This document shows, piece by piece, positions 6,873 to 16,340 of a DNA stretch of 64,000 bases. Position numbers and translations under genes: made by a program. The stretch's first letter is position 1. Every line of letters starts with the position of its first letter. The DNA is from Phycisphaerales bacterium (GTDB lineage: Bacteria; Planctomycetota; Phycisphaerae; Phycisphaerales; UBA1924). The stretch spans positions 966 to 64,965 of the forward strand of contig DAIOTV010000002.1 of the NCBI GenBank assembly GCA_036751825.1, given 5' to 3'. The notes beneath the pieces were generated by a model that did not search any database, was not told the DNA's origin, and saw nothing but the letters and a program-made list of their open reading frames with translations.

Positions 6873-8879
6873 GAGACGCTGGCTCGGGCAGTCGGCGGTG
6901 TCGCCGACGGTCACGAACTGCACGCCCGGGATCAGGTCGAGGTCGATCGCGCGCGGCTCGCCGAGCTGATCCTCGGTGGGCAGGCCGCCGAGCACCTGGT
7001 TGGAGAAGAAGCTGCCGTCGCCGTTGGTGATGGCGCCCGCGATCTTGATGTCGCTGGTGCCGTCCCAGCCGAGTTCGTCGAGATCGATGCTGATCTCGAC
7101 GCCGGTGGTGACGTTGCAGGCGTCGCTGGTCGAGCCGCCGGGGGTGGCCTCGACACCACCGATGTTGCTGTTGTCGAGCGAGATCTGGAGCAGGCCGGGC
7201 GTCTCGAAGCCGAGCGATCCGTTGGCAAGGAAGGCCGCGGCCGCGTCGCGGGGGGCGAAGTTCGTGAAGATGTCGTCGGCCGTCCCGGGCTCGAGGGCGG
7301 TGCCGCCGCCGGGCGGGTTGTCGCCGTCGAACAGCAGCGGGTTGTTGCCCGGCGCGCTCTTGAGGCCCCCGTCAAACGCACCGAAGTCGGTGTTGAAGCC
7401 CGACACGATGTTGGGCCCGTTGAGGCGGAGCACGGCGGCGTTGGCGAAGAACGTGTTGGTGCCGCTGGTCTGGCCGCTGTTGTCGATCGCGACGAAGTAA
7501 TCGGCTGTGAAGCCGGCGTCGAACGTCAGGCCGGGACCCTCGGGACCGACATCGTCCGGATCGGTGCCGTCGTTGGCGCCGAGTCGATCGAGCAGGCGGA
7601 ACGCGATGTCGACGTTGTCGTTGCGGAGCGTGTTCTGCCCGTCGGTCGGATCGCCGTCGAAGAACAGGACGAGGCGGTTGCCGTTCGACTGCAGGTTGCC
7701 CGCCACGAGCAGGTTGAGGCGGTTGGCGTTGGTGTCGAGGTAGGTGTAGAGGGCGTTGATCTCAGAGCCGACGGCGACATCCGCGTCCGGGATGGTCGGC
7801 GAGAAGCCCGAGGGGCCGACACCGCCGGTGTTCGAGTTGTTGATCGAGATCTCGATGCCCTCGCCGAGGGTTCCCGCAGCGACGCTCGAGGTCAGCAGCG
7901 CCGGCGTGCCGCCGCCCAGGAAGGCGCCGGTGCCGCCGCCCGCCGTCTCGAGGGAGGCGATGTCGGCGAAGGCCTCGACGATCGGGTTGCCGAGCGTGTC
8001 GGTGCCGGTCTGGCCGATGTTATAGAAGACGACAAAGTCGGGCGCGATGCCGTCGTCGAACTGGAGCCCGGCCTGGCGGTTCAGGCCGTTGAAGCTGATG
8101 TCCGGGTTGTCATCGCGGAGGACGTTCTGCCCCTGGGGCGTCGCCGCCTCGGCGTCGACGTCGAAGTAGAGGTGCAGCTTGTTAAAGTTCTCTTCGAGGT
8201 TGCCGCCGAGCAGCAGGTAGAGGGTGTCGGCGGTTCCGTCGCTGTCGACGTCGGCGAGGGTGGCGTAGACGTTGGAAATCTCAGAGCCACCTCCCATGCC
8301 ACCGTTGGTGAAGACCGGGTCGCCGTTGGTCGCGTCACCGAAGCCGGTGCCGGTGTTGCTGACGAAGATCGGCGCGCCGTACGCGGCGTCGGCGGTGCCG
8401 TCGATGGTCAGGGGGCCGGTGACAACGCTGGCCGGCACGATCAGGAACTGGTTGCCGGGGATGCCGTCCGGGTTGCCGCCGCTGGGCTCGGCGTACGACA
8501 CGTTGGCCGGGTCGCCGAGGTTCGCCGACGGGCCGCCGAGGCCGCCGATGACCTGGTTCGACAAGAAATCGTTGCTGCTGCTGATGATGTGGCCCGCCAC
8601 ACGGATCTGGCCCGTCGGCGTCGCGCCGCCCAGGCTGAAGTTCGACAGCGGGATCGCGATTTCGACGCCCGTCGTCACATTCACGGCATCCGCGTTGTCC
8701 TCGGGCGTGCCCGACTGCGCGGTGTTGTCGCCGAAACTCGTCGGCTGGTTCTGAACGAACGCGCGGGTGTACAGGCTCGCCTCGGTGCTATCAATCCGCC
8801 CGTCGACGGTCACCTGACTCAGTGCCTGGCCGCTCAGCATGGTGAGGGCGGCGGCTGTCATCACAGTCTGCTTGTTCAT
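6690..8879 (-). CDS. Large secreted repeat protein of unknown function with a tandem C-terminal dockerin-like module pair
   Basis: ORF 6690..8954, with the start trimmed to MNKQTVMTAAALTMLSGQALSQ (signal peptide; GGAGA upstream). Internal duplication is visible (NVTTGVEIAIPLSNF...FLSNQVIGGLGG vs NVTTGVEISIDLDEL...FFSNQVLGGLP; LYLLLGGNLEENFNKLHLYFD vs LNLLVAGNLQSNGNRLVLFFD). Confidence 0.8.
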   Translation of the reverse strand: MNKQTVMTAAALTMLSGQALSQVTVDGRIDSTEASLYTRAFVQNQPTSFGDNTAQSGTPEDNADAVNVTTGVEIAIPLSNFSLGGATPTGQIRVAGHIISSSNDFLSNQVIGGLGGPSANLGDPANVSYAEPSGGNPDGIPGNQFLIVPASVVTGPLTIDGTADAAYGAPIFVSNTGTGFGDATNGDPVFTNGGMGGGSEISNVYATLADVDSDGTADTLYLLLGGNLEENFNKLHLYFDVDAEAATPQGQNVLRDDNPDISFNGLNRQAGLQFDDGIAPDFVVFYNIGQTGTDTLGNPIVEAFADIASLETAGGGTGAFLGGGTPALLTSSVAAGTLGEGIEISINNSNTGGVGPSGFSPTIPDADVAVGSEINALYTYLDTNANRLNLLVAGNLQSNGNRLVLFFDGDPTDGQNTLRNDNVDIAFRLLDRLGANDGTDPDDVGPEGPGLTFDAGFTADYFVAIDNSGQTSGTNTFFANAAVLRLNGPNIVSGFNTDFGAFDGGLKSAPGNNPLLFDGDNPPGGGTALEPGTADDIFTNFAPRDAAAAFLANGSLGFETPGLLQISLDNSNIGGVEATPGGSTSDACNVTTGVEISIDLDELGWDGTSDIKIAGAITNGDGSFFSNQVLGGLPTEDQLGEPRAIDLDLIPGVQFVTVGDTADCPSQRLCADQNSDGLVTPADFNGWILNFNNGDLRADTNQDGLVTPADFNGWILAFNQGAAGPTCNP

Positions 8880-9015
8880 CTGGACAATCTCCGGTGCCCG
8901 CCGCACGACGGCGGGGATCTCTCCTGAAACTCGTATTCGTTGCGTACCGCGCACAATGAACGCGCGATCCGCAAAGTCTAGCGGTTTGTGGGTTGAACTC
9001 CAAGCACCGGATACC

Positions 9016-9027
9016 GCTGTATACAGC
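9016..9027. promoter_or_regulatory. Perfect palindrome GCTGTATACAGC upstream of the repeat-protein gene (candidate operator)
   Basis: Read directly. About 137 bp upstream of the start at 8879. The same CTGTATACAG core recurs at 16198-16207. Confidence 0.4.
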
Positions 9028-9068
9028 GATTGGCAAAGAACTTGCCGCTGACGGAGGCCGCCGTCCGA

Positions 9069-11030
9069 TCACCCGCCCGAAGCGTCCGGAAATCGAAGCG
9101 GCTGCTCCGATCCGGCGTGATCGACGACCACAAACCGGAACCAGACCGGTGGGAGGCCATCGGCGGCCCCCGACGCGGGACCGGTCGCGTTGGCGTACAG
9201 CCGCACGGTGTTCGACCCGAGCTGTCGCTCGATGCAGAGCGTGTCGCCGTCGGCCCACCAACGAGCGGCGCCGAAGCGAAGCGTCTCTCCGATATCCGGA
9301 TCCTGCCGAAGCCGGAGCAGGGTCCCGATCCGTTCGGCCAGTTCCCGGTCGCCCGGCCAGACCACCGGCTTGCGGTTCTCTGGGTCATCGGCGCCCCACT
9401 CGCCCAGTTCGTCCCCCGCGTAGACCATCGGGCTCCCCGGGAGAGCCGTCAGGACCGCGTAGGCGAGTTCGAGCTTCGCGTAGGCGTCGGCATCGGGCTG
9501 GCCGCGGTCGTAGCTCCCGTCGCTCAGGCCCGCGCCGCGGTCGTAGTCGAGAATCGGGTTCATCATCTTGCTGACGAAGCGTGCCGTGTCGTGCGATCCC
9601 AGCAGGTTCACCTGGGCCAGGTTGGTGGCGGGCGCGTGCGAGAACACGCGATCCAGTTCGACCGGCAGCTCCGAGGTCGGCCGGACGCCGCCGAGCCATT
9701 CGATGAGCGGGAACGCGAGCGGGTAGTTCATCTGCGAGTCGAACGCTCGGCCCTCGAAGTACTCCCGGCCGTCGAACCACAGCTCGCCGACGAGGGTCGC
9801 CTCGGGGTTGATCGAGCGGACGTGCGACCGCCAGTCGCTCCAGAAACGCAGGCCGACCTCGTTCGCCACATCAAGCCGCCAGCCGTCGATGCCGTCGCCG
9901 GGGTCGCCGTCACCGTTCGGGTCCATCCACCGGCTGGTCACCGCGAAGACATGCTCCTTGACGCCCGGGACCAGATCGCCGTCGATCTGCCGGAACTCCG
10001 GCAGTCCGCCGTTGCGTCGATCCCACGCCTGCCATGTGTTCGTGCGTCCCGAGGCGTCGACCCCAAAGTGGTACCACGCGGCATAGGGCGAGTCGTTGCC
10101 CTGCGAGAGGACGCTGAGGAACGTCGGGTGCGCGAGCCCCACATGGTTCCACACGCCGTCGAGCACGACCCGCAGGCCGTGCGACCTTGCCGCCGGCAGG
10201 AACCGGTCGACGAAGTAACGGTCCGTGGCCGTCCACTGCCAGGTCGCGGGATCGGGCGAGAACTTCGGCCTCGTGTGGTCGGGCGTTCCGGGGTGGCCGA
10301 GCGCGGGGTCGATGTGCCGATGGTCGGCCGCGTCGTACTTGTGAAGGCTTGTCGAATCGAAGATCGGGCAGAACCAGATCACGGTCGCCCCGAGATCGCG
10401 GATGTGCTCAAGCCTCCGCTCAACCCCCTGAAGATCACCGCCGAAGCGCCGCTCGAAGACGGTGTCGTGCAGCACCGGCCGCCGGCGAGCGTGGTCGTCG
10501 CGATACCGCAGGCGCGTCGCGATCGAGCGATTGGCTGAGGCCTCGAACTCATCGGCGGTGACCTCGAACCAGTCCTGCGTCCATTCCAGGTCGGTGCCGT
10601 GCGGCCACCCCTGGTCGTTGTCCGGGTTCCCGTTGTCGAAGCGCTCCGGAAAGATATTGTACCACACGGCCCCGAGCGCCCACGCCGGTGTCTGCTCCGC
10701 TGCGGGTGTGGTTGCGGCCACTTCTCCCGGCGACACCCATCGGCCTTCGAAGCCGTCATCCCCGACCAGCCGAACGCGATCGCTGCTGCCCACACGCACC
10801 CGGACCTCCCGGCGATCGACCGCCAGCGGCACCCGGACGGTTTCGCCCCCCGGCACCCCGATCTCAAAGGCTGCCAGATTCGCGTCGGCTGGAGAATCGA
10901 TGTCGTACAGGCCCAGTCCGCGATGCACCGCGGTCACGGTGAGTTCAGGGCCGATGGGGGCTCCTGCCAGGCTTGCCGCCGACAGACCGAACGCGGCGGC
11001 CATGATCGTGCAACGCATGATGAACTCCAT
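9069..11030 (-). CDS. Secreted GH13 alpha-amylase-family glycoside hydrolase (neopullulanase/cyclomaltodextrinase-like)
   Basis: GH13 regions I-IV are present: VLDGVWNHVG, GIDGWRLDVANEV, LVGELWFDG, NLLGSHDTARF. Start trimmed to MEFIMRCTIMAAAFGLSAASLAGA (AGAGGA 7 nt upstream). Confidence 0.9.
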   Translation of the reverse strand: MEFIMRCTIMAAAFGLSAASLAGAPIGPELTVTAVHRGLGLYDIDSPADANLAAFEIGVPGGETVRVPLAVDRREVRVRVGSSDRVRLVGDDGFEGRWVSPGEVAATTPAAEQTPAWALGAVWYNIFPERFDNGNPDNDQGWPHGTDLEWTQDWFEVTADEFEASANRSIATRLRYRDDHARRRPVLHDTVFERRFGGDLQGVERRLEHIRDLGATVIWFCPIFDSTSLHKYDAADHRHIDPALGHPGTPDHTRPKFSPDPATWQWTATDRYFVDRFLPAARSHGLRVVLDGVWNHVGLAHPTFLSVLSQGNDSPYAAWYHFGVDASGRTNTWQAWDRRNGGLPEFRQIDGDLVPGVKEHVFAVTSRWMDPNGDGDPGDGIDGWRLDVANEVGLRFWSDWRSHVRSINPEATLVGELWFDGREYFEGRAFDSQMNYPLAFPLIEWLGGVRPTSELPVELDRVFSHAPATNLAQVNLLGSHDTARFVSKMMNPILDYDRGAGLSDGSYDRGQPDADAYAKLELAYAVLTALPGSPMVYAGDELGEWGADDPENRKPVVWPGDRELAERIGTLLRLRQDPDIGETLRFGAARWWADGDTLCIERQLGSNTVRLYANATGPASGAADGLPPVWFRFVVVDHAGSEQPLRFPDASGG

Positions 11031-11068
11031 ACGGATTCCTCTCGTGGTCCGCAACAATAGTGGCGACC

Positions 11069-11103
11069 GAAAACGAACGCGGCCGGGCGAAGTGCCCGGC
11101 CGC
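11069..11103 (-). terminator. Probable terminator after the MFS gene
   Basis: Hairpin GCGGCCGGGC/GCCCGGCCGC (11079-11103), followed on the minus strand by GTTCGTTTTC. Confidence 0.45.
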
Positions 11104-11138
11104 GGAAGAACTCAGGCGTGGACGGCCGCTCCCGTCGA

Positions 11139-12611
11139 CTAGCGTTCGAGCTCGCCCATGGCCTCAAGCTCCTTGCCCTTGGTCTCGGGGATGAGCGTGA
11201 GGACGAACAGGAAGCTGAGGAACGCGCTGGCGGCGTAGAAACCGTACGCGAAGCCGAGGCTGATGCCAAGCATCACCGGGAACGTCGCCGAGATGAGGTA
11301 GTTTGCACCCCACTGGGCACTGGCGGCGACGGCGAGACCTGAGCCGCGGATCTGGTTGCTGAACATCTCGCCGAGCATGACCCAGACGATCGGGCCCCAT
11401 GACGCGCCGAAGGAGATGATGAACAGGTTGAGCATGACCAGCGCGAGCTTGCCCTTGCCCGAGTTGTCGCCGGTGAGATCGAGCACGCCGTTCGCGTCCA
11501 CTGAGGTTTGGAAGATGTAGGCCATGACGCCGAGTGAGAGCATCATGCCCAGCGAGCCGAACATCAGCAGCGGCTTGCGGCCGATCTTGTCGACCAGCGC
11601 GATCGCGATAAACGTCGTCAGCACATTGGTCGCGCCGCCGATGGCGGTGTTGAGGAAGGCGTCGGCCTCGGTGAGACCGACCGCGCGCCAGAGCAGGTTG
11701 GAGTAGTAAAAAACGACGTTGATGCCGACGAACTGCTGGAAGACCGAGAGGCCGATGCCGAGCCAGACGATTTTCTTGAAGAGCCCGGGGCCGAGGATGT
11801 CGGCGAGCCGTGGCTTGTGCTCGGCGTTGAGCGTGCCCTGGATCTCGGCGATCTTGACGTCGGCGTCCTTGGAGCCCAGGACCTTCTGGAGCACGCTGCG
11901 CGCCTCCTCGTTCCGGTCCTTGATAACGAGGTAACGCGGCGATTCGGGGATGCTGAGCGCGAGCATGCCGTAGAGCGCAGCGGGGATCGCTTCAATCCAG
12001 AACATCCACCGCCACGCGGCGAAGCCGCCGATCCAGTCCTGCGCGGCGCCGCCCGACGCGCGGGCGATCAGGAGGTTGCTCATGAGCGCGACGAAGATGC
12101 CGATGACGATCGCGAGCTGCTGCATCGAGCCGAGCCGCCCCCTCAGCTTGGCGGGCGAGACCTCGGCGATGTAGGCGGGGGCGATGACCGACGCGGCACC
12201 GAAGGCCATGCCGCCGAGGAAACGCCAGAAGGTAAAGTCGAAAATGGTGACGGGCATGCCCGAGCCGATCGCCGAGGCGAGGAAGGCCACGGCGGCGATC
12301 ATCATCGAGGGCTTCCGGCCGATTCTGTTGGTCAGCGGTCCGGCGAGGAATGCGCCGACGGCGGCGCCGATCAGCGCCAGGGCGACCGACTGGCCCACCC
12401 AAATGTTGCGCGTGCGTTCGATGGCCTCGGCGGACATTTCCGCGTTGATCAGGACTCCGGCGAAGCCGGAGTCGAGATCCGTGAACATCTCGTTCAGGAC
12501 CGGCACGGCACCGTTGATCACGGCGGTGTCGAAGCCGAACAGGAAGCCGCCGAGCGCGGCGACCGTGACGATCCTGATCAGAAAGCCCAGATTGTTGTCG
12601 TTGTCGCTCAC
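11139..12611 (-). CDS. Sugar-porter family MFS transporter (monosaccharide:H+ symporter type)
   Basis: Sugar-porter motifs GRKP (twice), PESPRYLV and PETKGKELEAM, with a 12-TM profile. GTG start (cac at 12609-12611). Confidence 0.9.
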   Translation of the reverse strand: MSDNDNNLGFLIRIVTVAALGGFLFGFDTAVINGAVPVLNEMFTDLDSGFAGVLINAEMSAEAIERTRNIWVGQSVALALIGAAVGAFLAGPLTNRIGRKPSMMIAAVAFLASAIGSGMPVTIFDFTFWRFLGGMAFGAASVIAPAYIAEVSPAKLRGRLGSMQQLAIVIGIFVALMSNLLIARASGGAAQDWIGGFAAWRWMFWIEAIPAALYGMLALSIPESPRYLVIKDRNEEARSVLQKVLGSKDADVKIAEIQGTLNAEHKPRLADILGPGLFKKIVWLGIGLSVFQQFVGINVVFYYSNLLWRAVGLTEADAFLNTAIGGATNVLTTFIAIALVDKIGRKPLLMFGSLGMMLSLGVMAYIFQTSVDANGVLDLTGDNSGKGKLALVMLNLFIISFGASWGPIVWVMLGEMFSNQIRGSGLAVAASAQWGANYLISATFPVMLGISLGFAYGFYAASAFLSFLFVLTLIPETKGKELEAMGELER

Positions 12612-12808
12612 GGCAGCGCTACCCCTCGGTGTGACTGTTTCAGCTTGGACCCATCCCTCGGCGATCGCCGGGAACGGGCATAGTACCGGAACGGCCCGTC
12701 GCGAGCGACCGGGGGTCGGGCGTCACGAAAACAAGCGATCGCCGGCCGGGCATTCGTGCCCGCCGCGCCACGCCCGACACCATCGATCGGTAAACGCTCG
12801 GTCGGGAC

Positions 12809-13777
12809 TCAGGCCCCGAACACGCCGGCCTGGACCAGCGTCTGGGCGACGAGCGCGAGCACGGCGAGCCCGCCGATCACCGCTCCGCCGATCACCACGC
12901 CCATCAACAGCTTGTGGGTCCTCGCGTTCGCCGCTTCGAGCCGCAGCTCGCGCTCGCTGTCACGCCGCTTCATGTCCGTCAGCGTGTCGCCGAGCCGCTT
13001 GTTGCTCTCGGTGATCTCCGTGAACGCGCTCGATAGGCTCTCGATCGACGACCGGATCTCCTGCTGCGAGCTGTTTGCCTCGGCGATGAGCCCCTCGACC
13101 CGGCCCAGCGACTCGATCTGCATCGATAGGCCCTTCTGGGTGCTCGCCTGCCCGTCGCGGAAGGCCTGGGCGAGCTCCGACACGGCCCCACGCAGCTCGG
13201 CCTGGCCAGCGCCGATGCTGCCGAGGCTCTCGAGCGCCGTCGGCAGACTCTCGGCGATCTCGAGCAGCCGGCGGGACCGCTCCTCCTGCGTGTCGAGGTG
13301 CTTGTCGACCTTCTCCGCGAGCGAGATGGCCATCTTGTAGCTGTCTTCGAGCTCGCTCTTGAGCGCGTCACGCACCTCGTCGGCCTTCACAAGCTCCGTC
13401 GCGGGCTCGGGCGAGCGACGCTTGGCCGGCTTGGCGTCCGTCGGGACCGTGACCGTGTTGTCGGAGAGGTCGATCTTGACCGGTTCGCTGGGTCCGAAGC
13501 TGCCGCGGCGATCGGGGGCAATCGCGGTCGCGTTCGACGCGTTTGAGGCGAACGGCGAGGGCTTCAGGGGGCCGGTCTTCGTCGGGACGGAGCCTGTGGA
13601 GCCGGCGTTCGCCGAGCCGGGGTTTGCGGAACCGGGGTTTGCGGAACTGGGCCGAGGCCCATCGGGCTCGGATTTATCCTTCCAGCTGACGACAACGGGC
13701 TGCCCGTTCGTGCCGCCGGTCGTGCTTGCTTCCTTGCCCCCACCAAAGACCTTGGCGATCGCCGAGAACATACCCAT
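12809..13777 (-). CDS. Hypothetical tail-anchored coiled-coil protein with a low-complexity N-terminal region
   Basis: The N-terminal region contains SANPGSANPGSANAGS. The central heptad-rich segment reads ELEDSYKMAISLAEKVDKHLDTQEERSRRLLEIAESL.... A single C-terminal TM is present (LLMGVVIGGAVIGGLAVLALVAQTLV). No family recognised. Confidence 0.55.
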   Translation of the reverse strand: MGMFSAIAKVFGGGKEASTTGGTNGQPVVVSWKDKSEPDGPRPSSANPGSANPGSANAGSTGSVPTKTGPLKPSPFASNASNATAIAPDRRGSFGPSEPVKIDLSDNTVTVPTDAKPAKRRSPEPATELVKADEVRDALKSELEDSYKMAISLAEKVDKHLDTQEERSRRLLEIAESLPTALESLGSIGAGQAELRGAVSELAQAFRDGQASTQKGLSMQIESLGRVEGLIAEANSSQQEIRSSIESLSSAFTEITESNKRLGDTLTDMKRRDSERELRLEAANARTHKLLMGVVIGGAVIGGLAVLALVAQTLVQAGVFGA

Positions 13778-13958
13778 GGCGTTTCAGTCCCTTTATCCAC
13801 CGGGCCACCCGTCGGCCGGCCGCGACCTCCGGCCCCGTGTCCACTCCGGCCATATCAAGAATACCGACTCGGCGCGCAGAGATCGCACCCGGCCCGCCGG
13901 AAAGCGATCATCCGACCGGCGACGGCTGTCGTTTGTCGCCTGCGAGCGCCGCGATCGG

Positions 13959-16133
13959 CTAGCGCAGCTCGAACGTGACAGGCTCGCCGTCGCGGCCGGT
14001 GGCCGAGATCTCCTGCCCGTCGTTGAGCAGCAGGCGGACGGTTACCCCTCGATCCGGGCGGGCCCGGTTGCCCTCTGTGGCGGCGACGCGGACGGTCACG
14101 GTGTTGCCGTCCCGCTCCGCCTCGTAGGTCGTGAGCAGATAGTCGCCTTCGAGATACTCGTAGCCGTCGCCCGAGTCCTCGTAGAGCGTTCCGGTGGCGC
14201 GCCCGTTCTCGTCGAGCGCGACGATGAGCGTGAGGGGGTCGAGCGGCTTGTCACCGACGAACTGGATCACCGGGCCCGAGGGGAGGATGGTGCCGCCCTT
14301 GAGGTAGAAGTCGGGGATGTCGGGGTTGTCGGCGCCGTGGAGCGTCAGGGGCCGCCAGATGCCGGTGGGCATGGCGGGCACGCGGTCGGCGTTGAGCGTC
14401 AGCTGCGGGTGAACCAGCAGCCCGTCGCCGATGAGGAAGAGATCGTCTTCGGTGCGGAGCGCCGGGTCGGCGGGGTCGGCGAAGAACACGGGCCGCATGA
14501 TGGGCAGGCCGGTGGTGTGGGCCTCGTAGAAGAGCGTGTAGTAGTAGGGGAGCAGGATATAGCGGTTGTTGAGCGCCTGCCGGGCGGTGTTCTCGACCTC
14601 CTCGCCGAAAGACCAGGGCTCCTTATCGATGTTGCCGACGGCGGTGTGCCCGCGTGCGAACGGCAGGAGCGTGCCGAAGCCGAACCACCGCTCGAACTGG
14701 TCGGCGTTTCCGTTGCCGTTGAAGCCGCCGATGTCGGGGCCGTAGAACGGGAAGCCTGAGAGGCCCATGTTCAGGACCATGGGCACGGAGACCTCGAGGT
14801 CCCACCAGTCGGCGGAGTTGTCGCCCGACCAGCCGGCCGCGTACCGCTGGGTGCCCAGGTGCATCGCCCGGCTGAGCACGAAGGGACGCTTGTCCGGGTT
14901 GGCGGCCTGGATGCCCTCGCGCGAGGCCTTGACCATCAGGTGGCCGAACACGTTGTGGAACCGCGCGTGGTTGCCGGCGCCGCCCATCTCGGGGTCGCCG
15001 CCGTGCATGTTGTCCTCGGGCATGGTTTTGCTGGCAACATTGAAGATCGCCGGCTCGTTCATGTCGTTCCACACGCCGGTGATGCCGTTGGCCATGTAGT
15101 CCTTGTACAGGCCGGCCCACCACTCGCGCACATCGGGGCGGGTGTAGTCGGGGAACACACACCAGCCGGGCCAGACCTCGCCGCGATACACCGCGCCGTC
15201 GGCGGTCTTCACGGCATAGTCGTTGGCGATGATCTCTTCGTAGACGTTGTAGCCCTCTTCAGGGAAGCGGTCGGTCTCGGCCGCAACGCCCGGGTTGATC
15301 ATCCACACGTTGTGGAAATTCTTCTCATCGCGCAGCCAGTCGTTGAGCCCCTTGGGATCGGGGAAACGCTCGCTGTCGAAGCGGAAGGTGCGGTACTCGT
15401 CCTGGTAGTGGATGTCCATCCAGATCACGTCGGCCGGCAGATCGCGGGCCCGGAACTCGCTGGCGATCTCACGCACCCGCGCGTCGGGGTAGTAGCTGTA
15501 CCGGCACTGGTGGTAGCCGATCGCCCACTTGGGGGGCATCGGCATCGTGCCCGTCAGCTCGCCGAGCGCCATCACCACTTCCTGCGGCGAATCGCGCTCG
15601 ATCACGATCACCGGATACTCCGGCCCCTCGGCGTGGAAGGTAATGTCGTCGGTGAGGTCGATCTCGATTCGGTAGGTGCTGTCGGCGATCACACCGAACG
15701 CGCTGCCGTCGGGCCGGACCGCGAGCACCCACGGGTGCGACTTGTAGAGCGAGGGCGTGTCGTCCTTGTAGGCGTAGGAGTCCGAGTTCCAGAGGACCGT
15801 TGAGCGCCCGTTGCGCTGCAGCGGTCCCGGAACCTCGCCCGTGCCGTAGAGCGACGTGCCGGGCTCGATGCCGATGGTGAAGGAATTCCGGCCCCGGTCA
15901 TCCACGAAGAATTCGGGCTCGACCGGAAAGTTCGCCGGCGCATCGCCGATCGCGGGCAGGCGCGGGTCGACCAGCGAGAACGAGGGCAGCGCGTTGGCCT
16001 TGGCGTCCGCCGAGACATGAAAGCGGACGGTGTTGTCTGCAACGGCTTCAGCGATCATTTGTGCAGCTGCCTGGCCTGCGGCGGCCGCCAACGAAACGCA
16101 AGCAACGATCCGGGCCGCGGTCTTGGTTCTCAT
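13959..16133 (-). CDS. Secreted GH31 alpha-glucosidase
   Basis: GH31 nucleophile motif GVWNDMNEP, VIWMDIHY and HNVFGHLM. Start trimmed to MRTKTAARIVACVSLAAAAGQAAAQ (signal peptide; GAGGAA upstream). Confidence 0.9.
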   Translation of the reverse strand: MRTKTAARIVACVSLAAAAGQAAAQMIAEAVADNTVRFHVSADAKANALPSFSLVDPRLPAIGDAPANFPVEPEFFVDDRGRNSFTIGIEPGTSLYGTGEVPGPLQRNGRSTVLWNSDSYAYKDDTPSLYKSHPWVLAVRPDGSAFGVIADSTYRIEIDLTDDITFHAEGPEYPVIVIERDSPQEVVMALGELTGTMPMPPKWAIGYHQCRYSYYPDARVREIASEFRARDLPADVIWMDIHYQDEYRTFRFDSERFPDPKGLNDWLRDEKNFHNVWMINPGVAAETDRFPEEGYNVYEEIIANDYAVKTADGAVYRGEVWPGWCVFPDYTRPDVREWWAGLYKDYMANGITGVWNDMNEPAIFNVASKTMPEDNMHGGDPEMGGAGNHARFHNVFGHLMVKASREGIQAANPDKRPFVLSRAMHLGTQRYAAGWSGDNSADWWDLEVSVPMVLNMGLSGFPFYGPDIGGFNGNGNADQFERWFGFGTLLPFARGHTAVGNIDKEPWSFGEEVENTARQALNNRYILLPYYYTLFYEAHTTGLPIMRPVFFADPADPALRTEDDLFLIGDGLLVHPQLTLNADRVPAMPTGIWRPLTLHGADNPDIPDFYLKGGTILPSGPVIQFVGDKPLDPLTLIVALDENGRATGTLYEDSGDGYEYLEGDYLLTTYEAERDGNTVTVRVAATEGNRARPDRGVTVRLLLNDGQEISATGRDGEPVTFELR

Positions 16134-16196
16134 GACAATCGGTTCCTCGTGGTCCGAGCTCTTGACGATTCCGTCGTCCGGGAACACGGATCCGGG

Positions 16197-16208
16197 GCTG
16201 TATACAGG
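16197..16208. promoter_or_regulatory. Palindrome core CTGTATACAG in the divergent GH31/amylase promoter region (candidate operator)
   Basis: Read directly (GCTGTATACAGG). About 65 bp from the GH31 start and about 134 bp from the amylase start. An AT-rich tract GGAATAATAATAGCGTATCAG follows. Confidence 0.4.
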
Positions 16209-16340
16209 AAGCGGGGATTCTCAGAGACAGAAACTCGAGGAATAATAATAGCGTATCAGTCTCGCATCGTGTACGGGTGTACTCCGATTGCGGTGCGGAT
16301 CGTTCGTGCGCGCCGGATCGAATTCAGGAGCTTGAAAGAC

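Noticed and set aside
12631-12645. CTGTTTCAG upstream of the MFS gene as a third copy of the CTGTATACAG operator
   Set aside because: It is not palindromic and is one base shorter. The resemblance is limited to the CTGT/CAG ends.
13599-13658. Short tandem repeats as a CRISPR-like or VNTR non-coding element
   Set aside because: There are only four 15-nt units, they are in frame and they encode SANPG repeats inside an ORF. No spacer architecture is present. I saw no CRISPR array anywhere in the window.
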